From Calditrichia bacterium (GTDB lineage: Bacteria; Calditrichota; Calditrichia; JAJRVZ01): a stretch of 58,234 nt of DNA. The DNA lies in NCBI GenBank assembly GCA_023132435.1, contig JAGLYF010000190.1:1-58234 (forward strand), given 5' to 3'. Position 1 is the first letter of the stretch; every line of letters begins with the position of its first letter. The notes beneath the pieces are model-generated. The model was given only the letters and a program-made list of their open reading frames with translations. It was not told the DNA's origin and made no database searches. Shown one piece after another: positions 9,695-18,974 of the stretch. Made by a program: the position numbers and the translations under genes.

Positions 9695-10807
9695 CTATAT
9701 TTTATGATCGATGATTCCGCCGCCGATAACCAGATCGTCAGAGAAAAAAACAGCCGATTGTCCCGGAGTGACGGATTTTTGCGGATTATCGAAAACAACA
9801 CGCAGTTTTCCATCTTCATCAGGAAAGACCGTTCCTGAATGACCCTCATCATTATAGCGAATTTTGATTTGTGCTTTTATCGGATTAGTTATCTCTGCCA
9901 GACTTATCAAATTTATCTGATCCACGATGAATTCGGTGCAAAATAAAGATTCCTGATTGCCCACGGTGATTGTATTGTTTTCGGAATTAACATCGATAAC
10001 ATACAAAGGCTCAGAAAATCCACCACCAAGCCCTTTCCTCTGTCCAATGGTATAAAATGGATAGCCATTATGTTGACCAACGGTCTTACCGTTTGTATCG
10101 ATCGTATCACCATTGGCTACTTTTTCTTCCAGATCGGGACGTAGATTTTTTAACAGCCTGTGATAATTATTGTCCGGAATAAAACAGATCTCCTGACTTT
10201 CCTTCTTTTCTGCTGTGGTCAGCTGAAACTGACGGGCTAAATCACGAACCTCTGGTTTGGTCAAATCTCCCAGCGGGAAAATTGTTTTGGCCATACTCTG
10301 CTGTCGGATCCCCCAGAGCGCGTATGACTGGTCTTTATTTTTGTCGATAGCACGGTGAAGTTCATAGCGATTACTCCGTGGATTAAAATGTGTCCGGGCG
10401 TAATGTCCGGTGGCAATGTAATCCGCCCCCAACTCATCCGCTTTATCAACCAGGGTGCCCCACTTTATTTTTGTATTGCACTGGACGCAGGGATTCGGTG
10501 TACGGCCAGCGAGATATTCATCAATAAAATTTTCCACAACACCTGTGTGAAACTGTTGACTAAAATTCAATATATAGTGAGGAATATTATGGGATACACA
10601 GATCTCACGGGCGTCGTTAAATGATTCAAGAGAGCAACACCTGCTTTCATGATTAATATTTCCACCAACCTGTTCAAAATCCCAGAGTTTCATTGTGGCG
10701 CCAATAACGTTATAACCCTGGTTTTTTAACAAAATAGCAGCTACTGAACTGTCCACACCACCACTCATGGCTATAACAACAGTCTTATTTTTTTTATTCT
10801 GGGACAT
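9695..10807 (-). CDS. mnmA: tRNA-specific 2-thiouridylase
   Basis: PP-loop motif AMSGGVDSSVAA, conserved Cys residues and the expected 370-aa length. Confidence 0.93.
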   Translation of the reverse strand: MSQNKKNKTVVIAMSGGVDSSVAAILLKNQGYNVIGATMKLWDFEQVGGNINHESRCCSLESFNDAREICVSHNIPHYILNFSQQFHTGVVENFIDEYLAGRTPNPCVQCNTKIKWGTLVDKADELGADYIATGHYARTHFNPRSNRYELHRAIDKNKDQSYALWGIRQQSMAKTIFPLGDLTKPEVRDLARQFQLTTAEKKESQEICFIPDNNYHRLLKNLRPDLEEKVANGDTIDTNGKTVGQHNGYPFYTIGQRKGLGGGFSEPLYVIDVNSENNTITVGNQESLFCTEFIVDQINLISLAEITNPIKAQIKIRYNDEGHSGTVFPDEDGKLRVVFDNPQKSVTPGQSAVFFSDDLVIGGGIIDHKI

Positions 10808-10888
10808 TTGTATTTAATATGGTTATCAATAAAATATCCGGATGATAAGCCCCCCTGGAAATCGTTGGTTAAGATACACAGGTAGGTA

Positions 10889-11311
10889 CTACTGAAGATT
10901 TTTTGTAACGATAGTTTCTGTGCCTGTATCTGAAAATTTAAATTCAAGTCCATCCATCAAATTTCGGATTAAAAAAATACCCCGACCACTTTCATTAAGC
11001 AGATTCTCAGGTGCCAGGGGATCTTTTAATTTATCAGGATTAAATCCACTTCCCTGGTCGATTATTCTAAGTTCGATTTTTTCCTGATCAACAGTAAATA
11101 CGATGTGAACAAGTTTATCCGGATCATTGTTGTTTCCGTGATGAATCGCATTATTTACGAGTTCGGTTGTAACAATTCCCAAATCATCACTATCGCTTTC
11201 AGTGAGTTTCGCATACCGGGCAACTTTACTACTCAATTTTTCCACATTCTCCAGATATTTTATATCACTGGAAAATTTCAGTTCAAATTTTCGCGGTTTT
11301 AAAGAGACCAT
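10889..11311 (-). CDS. RsbW/SpoIIAB-like anti-sigma factor serine kinase (GHKL ATPase)
   Basis: 140 aa with N-box ELVNNAIHHG, G1 DQGSGF and G2 ESGRGIFLIRNLMD. Confidence 0.75.
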   Translation of the reverse strand: MVSLKPRKFELKFSSDIKYLENVEKLSSKVARYAKLTESDSDDLGIVTTELVNNAIHHGNNNDPDKLVHIVFTVDQEKIELRIIDQGSGFNPDKLKDPLAPENLLNESGRGIFLIRNLMDGLEFKFSDTGTETIVTKNLQ

Positions 11312-11486
11312 TACTCTATTTTCCGATATCAGTTGTATTTTTTAAAATATAGATAAATGGTTATATTATTTCAAAATATTTCTGATTTTTTGTATGAATT
11401 CAAATATTTACTATGACTGTTAATTAGCCTGAATTATTCAAATTAAAATGTGATGAAGATTATAAGTAACATATAATCAAAGATTT

Positions 11487-11726
11487 AATTCCCCCTTTGC
11501 TGGGGCTGTTGCAGAATCGATAAAATTAGCCGTAAATGTCATACCTGCGAAAGCAGGTATCCATGGATCCCCGCTTGCGCGGGGATGACAACTTGGGTTG
11601 GGGTATAAATTCCCGCTGGAGTTTACCCCGTACTTGATGCGGGGCGGGAATGACAATTTAAGACTTTTTCAGCACTAAAATTGTTAAATATTGATAATCT
11701 GCAACAGCCCCTGCTAAGGGGAAATT
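11487..11726. mobile_element. MITE-like element with 29-bp terminal inverted repeats and internal tetraloop hairpins
   Basis: The TIRs aattccccctttgctggggctgttgcaga (11487-11515) and tctgcaacagcccctgctaaggggaaatt (11698-11726) match 26/29. Internal hairpins are atacctgc-GAAA-gcaggtat and atccccgc-TTGC-gcggggat. No ORF is present. Confidence 0.7.
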
Positions 11727-11809
11727 AAACTTTTGAATCATCTTTCCGATGTTTCTAATAATAAATTATCGGAAGTCAGAAGAGAAACAAGAGTAAATAT
11801 GGAGAAGTA

Positions 11810-12235
11810 TTGAAAGGATTTAATTTAAAAAAGTTCTTTATTTTTCAATTTCCCTGGCAGCTCTTAATGCTGGCAATCTTTATCCAATCTTCAATTGGCT
11901 CACTCAAATTGCCTGGTATTGAATTTGATCTTGCAGATAAAATTTTACATTTCTTAGTTTTTGGGATTTTAGGAATTCTGACTGCAAAAGGATTGAGAAA
12001 TGCAAAGAACAGGATTTTGAAAGAGAATTATACTTCATTAACTTTTCTGATTTGTATAATATATGGGGCATCGGATGAAATCCATCAGTATTTTGTACCT
12101 GGTCGACATGCCTCATGGGGGGATTGGATCGCTGATACCCTGGGTATTGTAATGATGGTATGGATTTATAAACGTGTTATAGATTCAAAAGAATTAAAAA
12201 ATAAAAAACCGGGCGAGGACGGGGCGGTGATCTGA
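11810..12235 (+). CDS. VanZ-like family membrane protein
   Basis: Four TM segments and the VanZ-type block GASDEIHQYFVPGRHASWGDWIADTLG. Confidence 0.7.
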   Translation: MKGFNLKKFFIFQFPWQLLMLAIFIQSSIGSLKLPGIEFDLADKILHFLVFGILGILTAKGLRNAKNRILKENYTSLTFLICIIYGASDEIHQYFVPGRHASWGDWIADTLGIVMMVWIYKRVIDSKELKNKKPGEDGAVI

Positions 12236-13099
12236 AATATAATCGACATAGTGTGAAAACTCCTCGTCAATTTTTAATACGCGCGTTAAACCTCCATCGT
12301 ATTCATTTCTGGCATCATTGGTTATAAGCAAATGATCAATGGAACTTCCAAAATTGCTTATATATGTTGGCTCGTCTGCAATTGGTAATGTTAAAAATTC
12401 ATAATTTAAACTGTCATCAAGAAAAACCTGAAATACATTATCATGTGGTGGATCATCTAATTCGTCATTAAAATCGCCCAGAATGAGGATATCTTTTTCA
12501 GCGCCGGTCAAGAGATAGGTGTCAATATAATTTTTCAATTTCTCACAGGCTTCTCGTCTTCTCTCTTCACATTCCGGATCAGCAAACGCTTTTAAATGCA
12601 GAATAATTAATATAAAGTCAAAAACCGTATTGTTTTCTTTCTTTACCGTCACAAAAGTGACAAGCGGCGGTCTGGGAAAAGCCCAATCATCATCGGTAAA
12701 GATTTGTTCAGGATCTGAAATTGCTATGATGTCTGATTTATAGATTATCCCCAACCGCAGGCCATAATCGGGTAATAAAGAAACATATCCCTGGTAACCA
12801 TCCAGAGAGTCGATCAAACTCAGAAAAGATGTTCTCTCGTCGATTTCCTGTATGGCAATCAAATCGATATCAATGTCACGAATTATCTGGGTGAGATATG
12901 GAATGGTGTAATTCCGACTTTTGGGAAAATGTTCGATATTCCAGGTGGCGATATCAAAACTCTCCTCGGACCCGTATTGGGATACCTGGATATTATCTAT
13001 AATTACTTCATGTTTTTCATCGAGGACAGTTTCGCCATCGCATCCGGCTGAAATAAACAGGCTAATGATTAGGAATACTGTTAAATAGATTTTCTGCAT
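12194..13099 (-). CDS. endonuclease/exonuclease/phosphatase (EEP) family lipoprotein
   Basis: Lipobox LFISAGC after the ATG at 13099. EEP blocks IAIQE, GDFN and a C-terminal SDHRPV. Confidence 0.75.
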   Translation of the reverse strand: MQKIYLTVFLIISLFISAGCDGETVLDEKHEVIIDNIQVSQYGSEESFDIATWNIEHFPKSRNYTIPYLTQIIRDIDIDLIAIQEIDERTSFLSLIDSLDGYQGYVSLLPDYGLRLGIIYKSDIIAISDPEQIFTDDDWAFPRPPLVTFVTVKKENNTVFDFILIILHLKAFADPECEERRREACEKLKNYIDTYLLTGAEKDILILGDFNDELDDPPHDNVFQVFLDDSLNYEFLTLPIADEPTYISNFGSSIDHLLITNDARNEYDGGLTRVLKIDEEFSHYVDYISDHRPVLARFFIF

Positions 13100-13332
13100 A
13101 GTATGATAATTTAAGACCAATATTCATTTATCTCCAGTTTAGAATACTAAATAGTTTAAAAATTGTTCCTGCGTTGTGTCCATTACCTGCCCGTTTACCC
13201 GCTGACCGGGATGGGCTTGGGCCTGTTGGTTTAAAAAATCAGATGGGTTTAAATGTAAAAATTTTGAAATAAAATCTGCAACTCGTATATTTTAATGTTG
13301 AGCTACTAAGCATCAAGGAAGTGAGGAAAACT

Positions 13333-14328
13333 ATGTATAAAGCAATGATTGCTGGTGTTGGGCATTATGTTCCTGATCAGGTTATAAATAATTTTGATTT
13401 TGAAAAATTGATGGATACCTCCGATGAATGGATACGCGAGAGGTCCGGAATTGTGGAAAGACGTTGGGTGAAAGATGGAGAAAATAATCTGGACCTGGCA
13501 GAGAAGGCATCTTTACAGGCCTTAGAACAGGCCAGTATGAAACCGGAAGATATTGATTTTATTATATTTGCAACACTTAGTCCTGACTACTTTTTCCCAG
13601 GTACCGGATGTTTGCTACAAGAAAGAATGGGATCTTCAACTATTGGTGCACTAGACGTCCGTAATCAATGTAGCGGATTTATTTACGGACTTTCCATTGC
13701 TGATCAATTCATAAAAACAGGGATGTACAAAAACATTTTACTTGTTGGATCAGAAATACAGTCAAGGGGCCTCAACATGAGCACCGAAGGAAGGGATGTA
13801 ACGGTTCTTTTTGGTGACGGTGCAGGGGCAGTTGTCATTACCCGCTCAGATGATCCACAAAAAGCAATCCTTACGACGCATTTGCATGCAGAGGGCAGGC
13901 ATGCGAAAGAACTTTGGTGCGAAGATCCAGGAAGTGTGCGAAATCCCCGTCTTACGCACGAATTAATAGATACGCCGAACGTTTTTCCTTCCATGAACGG
14001 AAGGTATGTATTCAAACATGCTGTGACAAGATTCCCTGAAGTTATAATTGAAGCATTACAGGCTGCGGGGGTCGATAGAAGTGATGTGGATCTGGTTATA
14101 CCCCATCAGGCCAATCAAAGAATTACAGATGCAGTTCGAATGAGATTGGAATTAAAAGAAGAACAGGTTTACAGTAATATCGCAAAATATGGCAATACAA
14201 CGGCTGCTTCGATTCCGATCGCTATGAGTGAAGCAATTGCTGAAGGAAGAATAAAAGACGGCTCACTGGTATGCCTGGCCGCCTTTGGCAGTGGCTTCAC
14301 ATGGTCTTCCGCCTTGATCAGGTTTTAG
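13333..14328 (+). CDS. fabH: 3-oxoacyl-ACP synthase III
   Basis: Active-site region NQCSGFIYGL, plus HQANQRI and GNTTAASIP. The ATG at 13333 has better GAGG spacing than the GTG at 13321. Confidence 0.9.
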   Translation: MYKAMIAGVGHYVPDQVINNFDFEKLMDTSDEWIRERSGIVERRWVKDGENNLDLAEKASLQALEQASMKPEDIDFIIFATLSPDYFFPGTGCLLQERMGSSTIGALDVRNQCSGFIYGLSIADQFIKTGMYKNILLVGSEIQSRGLNMSTEGRDVTVLFGDGAGAVVITRSDDPQKAILTTHLHAEGRHAKELWCEDPGSVRNPRLTHELIDTPNVFPSMNGRYVFKHAVTRFPEVIIEALQAAGVDRSDVDLVIPHQANQRITDAVRMRLELKEEQVYSNIAKYGNTTAASIPIAMSEAIAEGRIKDGSLVCLAAFGSGFTWSSALIRF

Positions 14329-14333
14329 TGAAT

Positions 14334-14392
14334 GAGGTATAGAGGTATAGGGGAATAAGGGAATAAGGTATAGGGGTATAAGGTTATAGGTT
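14334..14392 (+). repeat. 8-nt-periodic purine/T stutter tract (GAGGTATA-like, 7 units), C-free
   Basis: The units are gaggtata gaggtata ggggaata agggaata aggtatag gggtataa ggttatag. There is no C on the plus strand from 14320 to 14398. The tract fills the fabH-lipA spacer. Confidence 0.85.
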
Positions 14393-14395
14393 AAA

Positions 14396-15283
14396 ATGCC
14401 AGGAAAAACAAATCCACTAAATATTGTTCAAAATGAATCTTTACGCCGGCCGGAATGGTTGCGGGTAAAATTTGGCTCAGGTCGTACATTTACCAATGTA
14501 CGTCATCTGATGAACACTAAAAATCTGCATACAGTGTGCGAAAGTGCCCGTTGTCCTAATCTGGGAGAATGTTGGTCCAGAGGTACGGCAACTTTTATGG
14601 TTCTGGGTGATGTGTGTACGCGCAGTTGTACTTTTTGTAATATTAAAGTCGGAAAACCTGATCATTATGATTTAGATGAGCCCAAACGCATCGCAGATGC
14701 GGTGAAAAAGATGAATATCAGACATGCGGTTTTAACAATGGTTGCTCGTGATGATCTTAAGGATGGTGGCGCCCATATCGTTGCTGAAACAATAAAGGAA
14801 ATAAAAAAGATCCAACCCGGTTGTTCCGTGGAAGCTTTAATCTCTGATTTGAAAGGTAGCAAAGAAAGTCTGGAAATAGTATTGGCATCACAACCCGATA
14901 TATTAAACCACAATCTTGAAACGGTGAAACGATTACAGAAAGCTTTACGTGTACAGGCGAGATATGAAAGATCACTGCAGGTATTAAAATGGGCAAAGGA
15001 AGCAGGAGCGGTTATTAAATCAGGAATAATGGTTGGTGTGGGTGAAACCTTTGAGGAAATTGTGGAAGTCATGACTGATCTGCGTGAAATCAGATGCGAG
15101 ATATTGACGATTGGCCAATATTTACCACCTACAAAAGCTCATTATCCTCTCCAACGTTATTATCATCCCAATGAATTTGATGATCTCCGGGAATTGGGAT
15201 TCGAGATGGGATTTACGCATGTTGAGTCAGGTCCACTTGTGCGCAGTTCCTATCATGCAGAGGAAGCTCTTCCCCAAAGATAA
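14396..15283 (+). CDS. lipA: lipoyl synthase
   Basis: Radical-SAM motif CTRSCTFC plus the N-terminal auxiliary cluster motif CESARCPNLGEC. Confidence 0.95.
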   Translation: MPGKTNPLNIVQNESLRRPEWLRVKFGSGRTFTNVRHLMNTKNLHTVCESARCPNLGECWSRGTATFMVLGDVCTRSCTFCNIKVGKPDHYDLDEPKRIADAVKKMNIRHAVLTMVARDDLKDGGAHIVAETIKEIKKIQPGCSVEALISDLKGSKESLEIVLASQPDILNHNLETVKRLQKALRVQARYERSLQVLKWAKEAGAVIKSGIMVGVGETFEEIVEVMTDLREIRCEILTIGQYLPPTKAHYPLQRYYHPNEFDDLRELGFEMGFTHVESGPLVRSSYHAEEALPQR

Positions 15284-15323
15284 CAGATTATAATCGCCGC
15301 AGGCGATTATAATCTGTTATTTT
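15282..15323 (+). terminator. intrinsic terminator after lipA
   Basis: A 17-bp perfect stem aacagattataatcgcc / ggcgattataatctgtt with a 3-nt loop, followed by ATTTTAAAA. Confidence 0.65.
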
Positions 15324-15348
15324 AAAAGTTAAACTATGAGGTATAAAA

Positions 15349-15837
15349 ATGTCACTTCATAAAAGTATAATCTTAATATTACTCGCAATTGTTATTTGGG
15401 ACAATGGTTGTGCAAAAAAAGATGGAATGGCAGTTCCGGAAAAGATTAGTGAAAAGAAAATCACCAAATTGCTTGCTGGTGACGAGGCAGTAATGGTAAT
15501 AGATAAATTGCACGGGCTGGAGGTTGCACCGGAAGAAAATATTATTGCCGAATATGGAGAGGACCCAAAAGACCTGCTCTATATCTCTTATTATAAGGAT
15601 GAAGATCAGGCCAGGGATGCATTTAAATTAATGATCAGTAAAATGATGAAAACAGACCAGGGGCCGTTTACTCATATTCGCGCTTTGCCGGACTATGGGG
15701 ATAAGGTATATATGAGTATTGGGATGGGAGCAATTCATTACATTTATTATTCTTCTTATTATATTTTATGGTTGCAAACCTATCAGGATATTGGCCGTGA
15801 ATTACCAGAGGATTTACTTGCGCTCTATCCGATATAA
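15349..15837 (+). CDS. hypothetical lipoprotein
   Basis: Signal peptide with lipobox-like WDNGC. No recognisable family. Confidence 0.45.
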   Translation: MSLHKSIILILLAIVIWDNGCAKKDGMAVPEKISEKKITKLLAGDEAVMVIDKLHGLEVAPEENIIAEYGEDPKDLLYISYYKDEDQARDAFKLMISKMMKTDQGPFTHIRALPDYGDKVYMSIGMGAIHYIYYSSYYILWLQTYQDIGRELPEDLLALYPI

Positions 15838-15842
15838 AAAGT

Positions 15843-16010
15843 AACCGCAAAAACACAAAGGAATAAATCACAAATAACAAATTTCAAATGACAAATAAAT
15901 TCCAATTTCAAATTATCAAAATGATTACTATAAGTGATTTTATATTTTGGTCATTGAGTTTTGATGTTTATTTGAGATTTGTTATTTGAAACCTTGGCAT
16001 CTTCGCGGTT
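15843..16010. repeat. 168-bp AT-rich fold-back with CAAAT/ACAAA word arms
   Basis: The outer ends aaccgcaaaaacacaaagg and ccttggcatcttcgcggtt pair. The inner words caaataacaaatttcaaat and atttgagatttgttatttg are also complementary. Confidence 0.75.
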
Positions 16011-16178
16011 AAGTCGTAAAAGCACAAAGTAGAATATTATTTCTTGCACCTGGATAAGGTTTTGGTTACTTTTATCAATCTACATCTTAAAATTTTGTCA
16101 AATATTTTAGATAAAAGAATTTAATAATAATCATACCGTCCGTCTATATATACTAAAGTGATTTGAAAGCATATTAAT

Positions 16179-17480
16179 ATGGGACAATCCAATTCAATAC
16201 CAGAACTGGAACAATTAAAAACTGAAAACCACCGACTGAGAATTGCCGTTGAGGAATTATCGGTATTAAATGATATTGCCACTGCTATCAGTTCTACACT
16301 TGAACTCGATCGTGTGGTCGCGATGATCGTTCAAAAATGTGTAAAACATCTGAAAGGGGAACAGGGAGCAATATGGTTACTGGAGGAGCAGGATCAGGAG
16401 AAACCGTGGGTTACTGTCGTACGCACACAAGATTCAGAGGTTACTGGTTTACCCTATCGTCTGGATACCCAGCTAACCGGCTGGATGATTAAAAATCAGA
16501 AACCACTGATCGTTCAGGATCTTGAGACCGATGAACGTTTTCAGATTACAAAAAATGAAGGAAGCTATCTTCGTTCCTTACTCGCTGTACCGCTGCAACA
16601 AAAAGGAAAAATGATTGGTGTATTGTCGGTGTTTAATAAGCGCGGGGAGGAAGGTTTTTTAGATGAAGACAGTCGATTGCTGACCATCATCGGAGCGCAG
16701 TCTGCCCAGGTAATTGAAAGTGCCCGGCTCTATCTGGAAGAGCAGGAACTGTTAAAGATGATGCAGGAAATGAATCTTGCCCGTAAAATCCAGACCAATT
16801 TATTGCCGGCAGAACCACCAAAGTTGGAAGGTTATGAAGCATTTGGTATCAGCATTCCGGCCAAAGATGTTGGGGGCGACTATTATGATTTTATAACCAA
16901 AGATAATGATAAAATGGTTTTTTGTCTTGGAGATGTTTCGGGAAAAGGGATGCCGGCCGCCCTATTGATGGCAAATTTACAGGCGACCCTGCGCGGTCAG
17001 TCGATGGGTTGTAAAAGTGCCCTGGATTGTTTAAAAACGTCAAACCAACTTCTTTATCACAGTACGGATATGGAAAAATACGCCACCATGTTTTATGGCA
17101 TAATATGTTTTAAGGACCATCAACTTATATTCGCCAATGCCGGACACAACAACCCCTTCCTCGTATCTCAGGATGGATCAGTGCGGAGATTGAAAACTGT
17201 CGGCATTCCTCTCGGTTGGTTAGAAGATTTTGACTATACCGAGGAGAAGATACCTTTTAACACTGGTGATATACTGGTAACATTTTCTGATGGGATAAGT
17301 GAGGCAATGAATGAGCAGGAGGAGGAATTTGAGGAGGAACCAATCCTTGATATCATAAAGCAGAACTTATCTGCATCTCCCAAGGAAATTACAGACAACA
17401 TTATTGAAGCGGTGCACAATCATGCCGGCAATGCTCCCCAGGCTGATGATATGACTCTGGTTGTAATTAAAAGAACATGA
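16179..17480 (+). CDS. GAF-domain PP2C (SpoIIE/RsbU-type) serine phosphatase
   Basis: N-terminal coiled coil plus a GAF domain. PP2C block GGDYYDF...GDVSGKGMPAALLMA...DGISEA...DDMTLVV. Confidence 0.85.
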   Translation: MGQSNSIPELEQLKTENHRLRIAVEELSVLNDIATAISSTLELDRVVAMIVQKCVKHLKGEQGAIWLLEEQDQEKPWVTVVRTQDSEVTGLPYRLDTQLTGWMIKNQKPLIVQDLETDERFQITKNEGSYLRSLLAVPLQQKGKMIGVLSVFNKRGEEGFLDEDSRLLTIIGAQSAQVIESARLYLEEQELLKMMQEMNLARKIQTNLLPAEPPKLEGYEAFGISIPAKDVGGDYYDFITKDNDKMVFCLGDVSGKGMPAALLMANLQATLRGQSMGCKSALDCLKTSNQLLYHSTDMEKYATMFYGIICFKDHQLIFANAGHNNPFLVSQDGSVRRLKTVGIPLGWLEDFDYTEEKIPFNTGDILVTFSDGISEAMNEQEEEFEEEPILDIIKQNLSASPKEITDNIIEAVHNHAGNAPQADDMTLVVIKRT

Positions 17481-17619
17481 TGTTAGCACCATATGTACTA
17501 TTTAATTTGTGGAGTAAATTCTTCATTATGGTTATATCGTTGTACAGTGCTTTGCACTAGACATACTATAATAGTAAATCGATTCAGAGCAGGGAAAACA
17601 GAAGCAGAGGAGAATATCA

Positions 17620-17958
17620 GTGGTTTGTATTGAAAAGGAAGTCGATGATTTAATGGTATTAACACTGAAAGGAAAATTGATAGTCCAGGAAGAGACCGAT
17701 AAACTTCACACCTGCATTAAATCAGTACTGGACCGGGATATTAACAAAATAATCCTCAATTTAAAAAACCTGTCACGTATTTCGAGTATCGGGATTGGTG
17801 CAATTATGAGAGCTTTAACGATAGTGCGTGATGCGGGTGGGGATTTGCGTCTGGCCGGACTGGATCCTAATGTTAAAAATATTTTAGAGATAACAAAGAT
17901 TATTGGGGTAATCCGGATTTTTGATCAAAGCGATCAGGCGATTGCCAGTTTTACATAA
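17620..17958 (+). CDS. STAS-domain anti-sigma-factor antagonist (RsbV/SpoIIAA-like), copy 1
   Basis: 112 aa. The conserved phospho-acceptor region is NLSRISSIGIGAIM. GTG start. Confidence 0.8.
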   Translation: MVCIEKEVDDLMVLTLKGKLIVQEETDKLHTCIKSVLDRDINKIILNLKNLSRISSIGIGAIMRALTIVRDAGGDLRLAGLDPNVKNILEITKIIGVIRIFDQSDQAIASFT

Positions 17959-17995
17959 AATAATTAATGGTTAAACTTACGTAAAGGTGAATATT

Positions 17996-18775
17996 ATGTT
18001 CATGCGACTTTTTCACCTGAAGGCAAAATCTGATAAGGTTGGTGTATTAATTTCATTCTATGACGCGATTGTAATTCCCGAGTTACAAAAAATTGATGGC
18101 TGCCTGTTTGCCGGTCTTCTCCAAAGTAATACGGATATAACCGAAGGAATATCTCTTACACTCTGGGATACAAAACAACATGCTGAAAATTATGAAGGAA
18201 GCGGATTATTCGAAAAATTGCTGGACCAGGCCAAATCATCCCTGGCAGAATCAACCGAATGGAAAATCCAGTTATCAGAAGATCTTGAGTTAGAATATAA
18301 ACCTGAAGATGAAGGACCGGAACTGGAACATTATATTGTTACGGTACATGAACGTGTCAAAGAAGACTTGTTCAGACAGCATTCTAAAATGTATGTACGG
18401 ATAGTATCCCATATCTTGCAAAAGGATAAAATTGAAGAGTTTCGTGATATCTTTACAGATGAGATATTACCAGTACTACGAGAGACAAAAGGCTGCCGAT
18501 ATGCATATCTCATTGAAAGTATGCATCAGGAAAATGAAGTGATTTCCTTATCAATCTGGGATAGTCAGGAAGATGCAGTAACTTATGAGAAAAGTGGCGA
18601 GTTTGATAAACTGATAAACAAATTAAGACCGACATTTTCTCAATTCTATCAATGGAAAATGGCATTGGATAAAGATACGGTAAAAAAAGTAAGTACAACC
18701 GATGATTTAAAAGTTACTCATTACAGTGTGGTGACTGGAAAAAATTTACGAAGTTCCTTTCCTGAAAACAGATAA
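17996..18775 (+). CDS. tandem ABM/Dabb-like (ferredoxin-fold) two-domain protein
   Basis: Clear internal duplication, shown by ISLTLWDTKQHAENYEGSGLFEKL versus ISLSIWDSQEDAVTYEKSGEFDKL. The start is ambiguous (17987 GTG, 17996 ATG or 18002 ATG). Confidence 0.5.
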   Translation: MFMRLFHLKAKSDKVGVLISFYDAIVIPELQKIDGCLFAGLLQSNTDITEGISLTLWDTKQHAENYEGSGLFEKLLDQAKSSLAESTEWKIQLSEDLELEYKPEDEGPELEHYIVTVHERVKEDLFRQHSKMYVRIVSHILQKDKIEEFRDIFTDEILPVLRETKGCRYAYLIESMHQENEVISLSIWDSQEDAVTYEKSGEFDKLINKLRPTFSQFYQWKMALDKDTVKKVSTTDDLKVTHYSVVTGKNLRSSFPENR

Positions 18776-18946
18776 TTGGTGTGGTTCAACTAAAAATCTT
18801 ATCATTTTTTACTTGGATTTACTGACATTCGTCCATATACTCCTATAGTATTTTGAAGTAGATTACTGTCGTTCTATTTATTACATATTTACTTTTATTA
18901 TTTTATCAATCTCTAACTCAATCTGACCTCAAGAACATGATAATTC

Positions 18947-18974
18947 GTAGAGAGGTAACATGTTACGTCTCCAC
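18947..18974. repeat. degenerate third copy of the TGTAGAGACG palindrome
   Basis: The sequence gtagagaggtaacatgttacgtctccac aligns to the copies at 28724 and 40432. It carries one compensatory pair change and three disruptive changes. Confidence 0.6.
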
